From: Ferroglobus placidus DSM 10642
GTDB taxonomy: Archaea > Halobacteriota > Archaeoglobi > Archaeoglobales > Archaeoglobaceae
Assembly: GCF_000025505.1 (NCBI RefSeq)
Contig: NC_013849.1
Span: forward strand, 840,001 to 872,000
Reading direction: 5' to 3'
DNA: 32,000 nt
Both the position numbers and the translations under genes were made by a program. The notes below the pieces were generated by a model, which was not told the DNA's origin, ran no database searches, and saw only the letters and a list, made by a program, of their open reading frames with translations. Numbering within the stretch: the first letter of the stretch is position 1; every line of letters starts with the position of its first letter. Positions 18,800-23,739 of this stretch are shown piece by piece.

Positions 18800-19519
18800 T
18801 CACCCGTACATCGGAAGTTCTTCCTTCTTCAACTCATGAGCTTTCGTCTGTTCAGCAAGCTTCTGCATCTGAGCTTCTATCATCTCAGCCTCCTTTTCAA
18901 GCCTCTCCACGCTTATATTCCAGTTGAACAGCTTGTTCATAACTCTGATTACCTCAGCAGCAGCTCTTGGGTCTGGGTTGAATCCCACTGTCTCTCCAAG
19001 CAAAGCTATTCCGTCCACGTTTCTCGCGACGCATTCAACGAGAATGCTGCCGGCAACTCCGCTTATAGTCCCCATTCTGAAAATTTCAACGTAATCCTTT
19101 ATTTCGTCGAGCAGCTCCTTCTTCGTTGCTGCTCCAAAGACCCTTTTACTCTCTTCAAATGTCGCTATTCCAGCCAAAGTCAAAATTCTGCTTGCGTTTA
19201 TCTCCTGCGCCCAGTCGAGAATTGCTGCGCTTATGTCGTAGGAAAGCTGGGGAATGACCGGAATGTCGGAGTGAATTAAGACGAAATTGTACTCCTTATG
19301 CTCGTAAACTCTAATCGGAGGCATGACTATGCCTTCATACAGCGTTGCTACTGGAGGGAGGTACCTCGACTCAAGAACGCCAACTTGCTCCAATTTCAAC
19401 TCAAGAATCATGTGACCGCTCGCTATCGTTCCCACGAGACCTATTCCAGGGAAGCTCGTTATTAGGAGGGGTTTCTCTACTTCCAGCTTCTCCACTATTA
19501 TTTCGCTTTCAACTTCCAT
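18800..19519 (-). CDS. PAC2-family proteasome assembly chaperone-like protein (PbaB-like)
   Basis: N-terminal pattern ..PLLITSFPGIGLVGTIASGHMI..LPPVATLYEGIVMPPIRVY.. is typical of the archaeal PAC2/COG1938 family. The C-terminus ends ..ELPMYG (hydrophobic-Tyr-X). ATG 19519 is preferred over TTG 19525. Confidence 0.7.
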   Translation of the reverse strand: MEVESEIIVEKLEVEKPLLITSFPGIGLVGTIASGHMILELKLEQVGVLESRYLPPVATLYEGIVMPPIRVYEHKEYNFVLIHSDIPVIPQLSYDISAAILDWAQEINASRILTLAGIATFEESKRVFGAATKKELLDEIKDYVEIFRMGTISGVAGSILVECVARNVDGIALLGETVGFNPDPRAAAEVIRVMNKLFNWNISVERLEKEAEMIEAQMQKLAEQTKAHELKKEELPMYG

Positions 19520-19540
19520 GAACAAACCTCATGAAAAGAG

Positions 19541-19548
19541 ATATTTAT
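19541..19548. promoter_or_regulatory. Single quasi-palindromic TATA element (ATATTTAT / ATAAATAT) shared by two divergent genes
   Basis: It lies 28 nt from ATG 19569 (+) and 29 nt from ATG 19519 (-). It is flanked on both sides by AAAAG purine tracts (GAAAAGAG-ATATTTAT-CTTTTGTC), which could be BREs. Confidence 0.5.
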
Positions 19549-19568
19549 CTTTTGTCAGATGTTCGAGC

Positions 19569-19877
19569 ATGAGGGAGTACAAGTTCAAAAGAGGTTACAA
19601 AGCCACGGCGGAAAGGCTCGAAGAGATGCTGAAAAAGCACTTTGGAGAATTCAGGAAGGATGGAGAGAAGTACATCGTGAGCTTCGGAGCTATGGAAGAA
19701 ATGGTGGCATGGATTGAGAACAAAAAGCTATACGTTGAAACGAGAACGAACAAAAACGTTCCCGACGACGTAGCTCTCGAAACCATAAAAAGGTACAACA
19801 AGTTCTTGGAGGAGCTGACGGGATACACAGCCAAGGAGAGAAGGAAACAAATGATGAAAGAGGTAGAGGAAGGTTAA
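19569..19877 (+). CDS. Small conserved hypothetical protein (102 aa)
   Basis: MREYKFKRGYKATAERLEEMLKKHFGEF... ATG 19569 is preferred because ATG 19518 in the track would overlap the divergent gene start and leave no room for a promoter. Confidence 0.55.
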   Translation: MREYKFKRGYKATAERLEEMLKKHFGEFRKDGEKYIVSFGAMEEMVAWIENKKLYVETRTNKNVPDDVALETIKRYNKFLEELTGYTAKERRKQMMKEVEEG

Positions 19878-19922
19878 TTTTTTGCCAAATACCAACTCTT
19901 CAGAATGCAGATCATGGATAAC

Positions 19923-19930
19923 GTTTATAA
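19923..19930 (+). promoter_or_regulatory. Candidate tRNA-Arg promoter TATA box (TTTATAAG)
   Basis: It lies 37-44 nt upstream of the mature tRNA 5' end, consistent with a short leader. Confidence 0.35.
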
Positions 19931-19966
19931 GCATTGAAACAATAGGTCAGTAAAACGATACGAAAA

Positions 19967-20041
19967 GGGCCCGTAGCCTAGCTAGGATAAGGCGGCAGCC
20001 TCCTAAGCTGCAGATCGCGGGTTCAAATCCCGCCGGGCCCG
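19967..20041 (+). tRNA. tRNA-Arg (anticodon CCT)
   Basis: Hand-folded cloverleaf: GGGCCCG-TA-GCCT-AGCTAGGATA-AGGC-G-GCAGC-CTCCTAA-GCTGC-AGATC-GCGGG-TTCAAAT-CCCGC-CGGGCCC-G. It is 75 nt and CCA is not encoded. Confidence 0.9.
20002..20015 (+). repeat. Left copy of a putative att core (CCTAAGCTGCAGAT, inside tRNA-Arg)
   Basis: 13 of 14 positions match 22145-22158 in direct orientation. Confidence 0.3.
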
Positions 20042-20247
20042 CTCCCAAAAACGATTCGTAAACTGCTATTAGCTCGATAATCTTCGTTTCGAGTAGATCT
20101 GAAATGTTGGCGTTCAGAGATTCAGCAATTTGCTTCAATTTCCTCCACAAATCCTCTCTTACCCTTTTTTAAGAATAAAAAGGTTTGCACCAAAACCTTA
20201 GCGAGTTCTAAGGTGATAACGAGGGGGAGCTGCCTAAACTCGATAGC

Positions 20248-20278
20248 TTTAAATATGTGTGCTTACATAACACATATT
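20248..20278 (+). promoter_or_regulatory. TATA-like box (TTTAAATA, 20248-20255) overlapped by a perfect 9-bp inverted repeat AATATGTGT-N9-ACACATATT (20252-20278); candidate autoregulatory operator
   Basis: I verified the inverted repeat by reverse-complementing it. It ends 2 nt before ATG 20281 of the toxin-like pseudogene / wHTH operon. Confidence 0.5.
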
Positions 20279-20280
20279 GA

Positions 20281-20591
20281 ATGGCAAAATTGCTCGTGGA
20301 TTACAAGGAGGTCAACGATCATGGGGACATTATTCGGATCAATATTTGAAGGGTTCCGAAGTCCGAGGATTTTCCCGAGGTGTGAAGTACTCGATGGCTT
20401 ACGTTCACGTTGAAGGCGAAAGCTACAGGAGAGTTCTCGGCTACGACAACGAAAGGGGATAAGGACACCACAGACACTTCTTCGATAAAGAGGAGGGAAT
20501 AGAGTTTGAAAGCGTCGAAAAGCTGATTGAGAGGTTCTTCGAGGATGTTAAAATCGTGGAGGAGGTGCTGTATGGTAAAGTTGAGGATTGA
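20281..20591 (+). pseudogene. Inactivated toxin-like gene (DUF6516 / 'TumE'-like family by recollection), disrupted by two nonsense codons and one 1-nt deletion
   Basis: Hand translation gives MAKLLVDYKEVNDHGDIIRINI[TGA 20347]RVPKSEDFPE[-1 nt near 20379]GVKYSMAYVHVEGESYRRVLGYDNERG[TAA 20460]GHHRHFFDKEEGIEFESVEKLIERFFEDVKIVEEVLYGKVED. The track ORFs 20213-20413 and 20277-20462 are pieces of this gene. Confidence 0.7.
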
Positions 20592-20943
20592 GATCGGGAG
20601 GAGAGATAGTAGGGAGGAACTTTTGGAGGTAGCGAGGAGAATCGATGAAGGAGAGGATGTGGAGTTCGAGAGAATCGTTTTCGAGAGTTACGAAGCGCTC
20701 AGAAAAATTCTGACTCCGGAAAGGTTGAAGATTCTGCACGTGATAAAAGAGAAGAATCCGAAAAGCGTTTACGAACTGGCTAAGTTGTTGGGGAGGAACA
20801 GGAGGAACGTGATCAAGGATCTGGAAATTCTCGAAATGCTCGGACTCGTCAAATTCGTGGAAGAGAAAAAAGGTAAGAGGAGAAGAAAGGTTCCTGTCGT
20901 TCCCTACGATGAGATCGAAGTGAGCATTCCCGTCGTTGGCTGA
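20572..20943 (+). CDS. Winged-HTH (MarR/ArsR-like) DNA-binding protein, antitoxin-like partner of the upstream pseudogene
   Basis: MVKLRIEIGRRDSREELLEVARRIDEGE..LTPERLKILHVIKEKNPKSVYELAKLLGRNRRNVIKDLEILEMLGLVKF. ATG 20572 overlaps the pseudogene end by 20 nt; the track start at 20527 is over-extended. Confidence 0.7.
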   Translation: MVKLRIEIGRRDSREELLEVARRIDEGEDVEFERIVFESYEALRKILTPERLKILHVIKEKNPKSVYELAKLLGRNRRNVIKDLEILEMLGLVKFVEEKKGKRRRKVPVVPYDEIEVSIPVVG

Positions 20944-21032
20944 TGTCATTCTATGGGGAAATTCAAGGTGGAATGGGAAACTTATTCTGGATGAGATAAG
21001 ATTATTAACGTTCATTTCCAATACTTTGACGT

Positions 21033-21218
21033 ATGTCTGCGGATGTCCAAGAATTGATGAAGCGAGTTGAAAAGTTGGAGAAATACTTTGAATCGCTAAT
21101 AGAGATAAATCTTGAACTAATTGAAGAGGAAGAAGCGGAAGATTGGGAAATTAAAGATCTTGAAAAGAGAAGAAAGGATGAATTCGTAGATTGGGAGTCT
21201 GTTAAGGATGAGTTATGA
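21033..21218 (+). CDS. relB: aRelB-like antitoxin (61 aa)
   Basis: Acidic coiled-coil protein ending ..DEFVDWESVKDEL, like archaeal RelB of the Pyrococcus aRelB-aRelE type. It overlaps the relE start by 11 nt. Confidence 0.65.
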   Translation: MSADVQELMKRVEKLEKYFESLIEINLELIEEEEAEDWEIKDLEKRRKDEFVDWESVKDEL

Positions 21219-21474
21219 AAATCGAATTCTAATATCGAAATCGGCACTTAAAGAGTTGAAAAGCCTTCCTGAAAGTGTGAGAAGGATCATAAAGGACAGA
21301 ATTTCGAAGCTCGCTTATTTTCCTCTTGCTCGACTCGATGTTAAGAAGCTGAGAGGTTATCAAAATGTCTACAGGATGCGAGTCGGTGACTATAGAGTCA
21401 TATTTGAGTATTCAAAGGAGAACAGAACAATTCGAATTCTCAAAATAGGTAAAAGAGAGTCCGTTTACGATTGA
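21208..21474 (+). CDS. relE: RelE/ParE-family type II toxin (mRNA interferase)
   Basis: ..ALKELKSLPESVRRIIKDRISKLAYFP..VKKLRGYQNVYRMRVGDYRVIFEYSKENRTIRILKIGKRESVY matches the RelE consensus (yRlRvGdYRviy..i.i..ig.R..vY). Confidence 0.85.
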   Translation: MSYENRILISKSALKELKSLPESVRRIIKDRISKLAYFPLARLDVKKLRGYQNVYRMRVGDYRVIFEYSKENRTIRILKIGKRESVYD

Positions 21475-21524
21475 TATAAATGCTCTTTGAGTTCTTCTTC
21501 GCTAAACTCCTCAAATTTCTTGCC

Positions 21525-22158
21525 TCAAGGAGAGATCGGGAACTTACCTATCAGCTTCACATATTCCTCCTTTGCTATCCTCTTGAGGTTGTAGTAGTGA
21601 GCTTCTCCGACGGTTGCCGGAGAATGTCCGACGATGAAGCGAAGAGCTTCGGTCTTAGCCACGTGTTCGATGGCGAAGTTCTGGAACCACGCTCTAATTC
21701 CCAAAGCTGAAGTTGGATTATCTTCGCGAGGGTTCCATCTTGCCGGTGCGAATCTCTTCTCGTAAGTTGCAACGGTGAAGCCGGAAATCCTCTTCAGTTT
21801 CTTGCAAACTCCGCCGGCATGAACGCAAAAACAATTCATTAGCTCTCCCGAGAACGTTTTTATTTGTGGTCGATGACCATTTCCTTTAGCTCATCAAGCG
21901 TATCGGCTTCAGCGTAAATAGTAATCCAACGCCCTCGCTGTAAATCCTTAATCAGCAAGAAAGGATTTGGGATTTCAAGTTGAGCATGTACTAAGGTTAA
22001 GATGCTCTTTCTCCTTGAAGTTTCGTAACTTGCTAAAAAGCTTAAAGCAACTCGAATATGGCCAACATTCAAAAAGCGATCAAAGAAAGAAGTGTGACCA
22101 ATAACTCAGGAAGCGTTTCAATTTTGAAGACGCATTCAATTACACCTGAGCTGCAGAT
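21525..22158 (-). pseudogene. Tyrosine recombinase/integrase C-terminal (catalytic) part, broken into at least three reading frames
   Basis: The frame at 21525-21839 has ..LGIRAWFQNFAIEH..IVGHSPATVGEAHYYN (box II R..., GH, catalytic Y). The frame at 21860-22072 has ..SYETSRRKSILTL..IKDLQRGRWITIY (Arg-I / Lys region). A third frame at 22069-22203 crosses the tRNA-like repeat. Confidence 0.65.
22145..22158 (+). repeat. Right copy of the putative att core (CCTGAGCTGCAGAT), followed by TTCAGAT (compare the tRNA T-loop TTCAAAT)
   Basis: 13 of 14 positions match tRNA-Arg 20002-20015. The downstream tRNA sequence CGCGGG is absent and similarity then decays. Confidence 0.3.
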
Positions 22159-22568
22159 TTCAGATATTAGTTTTTCAACCACGCTAACTTTAACGCCTAA
22201 CATTTTAAGTACATCGGAGTGAACTATCAACTGTGGCTGAACTAATATGGTGTTGGAAGAGAAAATTCAAAATTCCGGTTTACATGTGCGAGAAATTTAC
22301 CTGTAAGCACCATTTGATAAACGGAGGAATCTGCTCTCCAGAAGCCGAGATAAAAAGGCTTGAAAAAGAATAGTTACTGCGATATTCTGCTCGTTTTAAA
22401 CTCCTACGATCGCGAAAAAATTTCTCTTCTCAACCAGTACTGGAGTGCACTTTCGTTAGGTATAGGGATACTGCTGCTTTTCATCGGACTGATTATTTAC
22501 TTCTCTTTGTCGGACTTGTAATAGGCAAAATTTCCATTACATTATCACATCTAATTGCCGTTGCAGTT

Positions 22569-23015
22569 TTGTATGTTCCCGCAGCAATAGTTTTACTCGT
22601 TTGGCTCCTCCTAAAAATAGGATTTGAAATTTCTCCTATTGAGAAATTTCTCAACATCCTTGTGTATATCGCTGTTTCTTGGATTCTCATGGAACATATT
22701 GAGATCACAATTAAACCCGCGTTCACCTATGCAGAATTCGGGATTATCTCTCTAATCGTCTCTATCATGATATTCGCCGCCGCAGTCTCTATTTTTAAGT
22801 ATAGAAGTCGCATGAAAATTCACATGCTTCTTCTGATCAATTTACATCCGTTGCTGAATGGTGTTTTTGTAACCTTTACATTCATAAGTTTAGCTGGAAT
22901 TTCCGCAAGTTTGGGGAAGTTTTTTACCCACGTTTTCTCTTGTCTCGTTGGAGCTTTAGTGATCGTTTATTTCGTAACCTCTTTCATGGCAAGTGTTCGC
23001 GTTTATTTGAAATAA
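22569..23015 (+). CDS. Hypothetical polytopic membrane protein (148 aa, TTG start only; possibly the 3' part of a frameshifted gene)
   Basis: About four hydrophobic helices. There is no in-frame ATG at the 5' end. An out-of-frame TM-encoding ORF (22360-22521) lies immediately upstream. Confidence 0.4.
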   Translation: MYVPAAIVLLVWLLLKIGFEISPIEKFLNILVYIAVSWILMEHIEITIKPAFTYAEFGIISLIVSIMIFAAAVSIFKYRSRMKIHMLLLINLHPLLNGVFVTFTFISLAGISASLGKFFTHVFSCLVGALVIVYFVTSFMASVRVYLK

Positions 23016-23065
23016 CCCTTTTCCAAAAGTGAAACCCTTGTCAAGATGAGCTGTTTCAATATCTC

Positions 23066-23263
23066 TCAAAGCTTTTCCACGAATTCTCTTTGCCTCCCTT
23101 CAAGCTCTGGCAGAAAAATTTCTATTCCAACAACCTCGCTTTTTTCGTCTAAAAAAAATAAGGTTTGAGAGATAACGGTTTCAGTAGAGTTTGATCCAGA
23201 CGTCAATGCTATGTTTATGATATCCAAAAGGGGGAAAATTGCAGAACTAAATCCTTTAGCCAA
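23066..23263 (-). CDS. DUF2283-like small protein remnant (TTG start only)
   Basis: ..LLDIINIALTSGSNSTETVISQTLFFLDEKSEVVGIEIFLPE resembles the DUF2283 pattern (..D.l.I.l....e......v..D.de.G.vvGIEIl). There is no ATG and I found no DUF4258-type partner upstream. Confidence 0.3.
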   Translation of the reverse strand: MAKGFSSAIFPLLDIINIALTSGSNSTETVISQTLFFLDEKSEVVGIEIFLPELEGRQREFVEKL

Positions 23264-23538
23264 TGGTTTTAGGAAGTCGTCACAAAAGAAGAATTCGAGC
23301 GCCAGTTTAAGGATCTAACTAAAAAACAAACCACTATCTAAAGGACTTGCTCGGTATCTGTGCTCATTTGTGGATGCTTTTCTTGCAGCAACAAATACGT
23401 CAAAATCTCACAGAACTCATGCCAAATCTTCCCACATTCCAGCCCTAACACTTTCCAGATCCAGCTTGAACAGGCTATTCTGAAGGAAGCAAAAATGAGA
23501 TTAGAAATAATGCAGAACGCACATCTGCTGGTTGGTAG

Positions 23539-23611
23539 TAGCCCCGCCCGGATTCGAACCGGGGTCGCGGGATCCAGAGTCCCGCAGGATTGACCACTAC
23601 CCTACGGGGCT
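23539..23611 (-). tRNA. tRNA-Gln (anticodon CTG)
   Basis: The minus strand folds as AGCCCCG-TA-GGGT-AGTGGTCAA-TCCT-G-CGGGA-CTCTGGA-TCCCG-CGAC-CCCGG-TTCGAAT-CCGGG-CGGGGCT-A. It is 73 nt. The A1:U72 pair is typical of archaeal tRNA-Gln. Confidence 0.9.
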
Positions 23612-23635
23612 TTAATTACTTCTTGCCCGCAATAT

Positions 23636-23645
23636 GTTTATGAAA
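23636..23645 (-). promoter_or_regulatory. Candidate tRNA-Gln promoter (minus-strand TTTCATAAAC at -34 to -25)
   Basis: A/T-rich box at the expected distance from the mature 5' end. Confidence 0.3.
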
Positions 23646-23709
23646 GTTACGCTACGACCACCTCAACTTAATCCCATATTGTGAGACAACTCCTTCAATT
23701 TGAGAAAAG

Positions 23710-23717
23710 TTTATAAA
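23710..23717 (+). promoter_or_regulatory. TATA box TTTATAAA, 30 nt upstream of the ATG at 23740, preceded by purine-rich GAGAAAAG
   Basis: Near-consensus archaeal TATA. There is no SD before the ATG, so the mRNA is probably leaderless. Confidence 0.5.
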
Positions 23718-23739
23718 CTCAAGATCAAACTCTTTTCCA

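Larger units (their letters stand above)
19947..20150 (-). pseudogene. Possible int(N) fragment of a partitioned SSV-type integrase, reading out of the islet antisense through tRNA-Arg
   Basis: The ORF (TTG start) begins inside the islet and runs through the tRNA 3' half (..ESFLGAGPAGFEPAICSLGG..). A matching-orientation integrase C-terminal fragment lies 2 kb away, behind a short tRNA-derived repeat. Confidence 0.35.
20002..22158. mobile_element. Decayed integrated element remnant at tRNA-Arg (putative attL to attR remnant) carrying two toxin-antitoxin-like modules
   Basis: It contains an int(N)-like ORF across the tRNA, int(C) catalytic-domain fragments on the same strand at the far end, a 13/14 direct repeat of a tRNA segment, and TA cargo between them. 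Confidence 0.4.

Noticed and set aside
18701-19279. 192-aa plus-strand ORF across the PAC2-like and hypothetical genes.
   Set aside because: It is antisense to two tightly coupled, motif-bearing genes, and its composition is Ser/Leu/His-rich.
19518-19568. ATG 19518 as the start of the plus-strand small protein.
   Set aside because: It would overlap the divergent PAC2-like start and place the only TATA-like box inside the coding region. ATG 19569 has the canonical 28-nt TATA spacing.
19848-19925. Possible C/D-box sRNA, from an ATGATGA at about 19853 near the 3' end of the small protein gene.
   Set aside because: No convincing D box (CTGA) at the right spacing, no terminal stem and no C'/D' pair.
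20180-20199. Hairpin AAGGTTT-GCACCA-AAACCTT just right of the int(N)-like ORF start.
   Set aside because: It is a 7-bp stem only, with no adjacent oligo-T on the relevant strand and no repeat elsewhere. I could not assign a function.
20347-20349. In-frame TGA in the toxin-like gene as selenocysteine or stop-codon recoding.
   Set aside because: The same gene also carries an in-frame TAA and a 1-nt frameshift, and no SECIS-like context is evident. Pseudogenisation is the simpler reading.
20213-20462. Track ORFs 20213-20413 and 20277-20462 as independent genes.
   Set aside because: They are frame fragments or overlaps of the single disrupted toxin-like gene reconstructed at 20281-20591.
20548-21247. 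Minus-strand ORFs 20548-21021 (157 aa) and 21005-21247 (80 aa).
   Set aside because: They are antisense to the wHTH and RelB/RelE genes, which have clear family patterns. Their composition is Ser/Phe/Leu-rich.
22284-22373. 29-codon ORF MCEKFTCKHHLINGGICSPEAEIKRLEKE, whose ..VYMCEKFTCK.. context resembles C-terminal motifs of thioredoxin-domain (DUF255-type) proteins.
   Set aside because: It is too short and the resemblance is a few residues only. The upstream frame has no supporting similarity. I treat it as non-coding or unrecognisable debris.
23360-23593. 77-aa plus-strand ORF overlapping tRNA-Gln as an ordinary protein-coding gene.
   Set aside because: Its 3' third is simply the antisense of a GC-rich tRNA, and it has only a GTG start. 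I note it in the findings as a possible int(N)-like relic, but there is no matching int(C) or repeat, so I do not call it.
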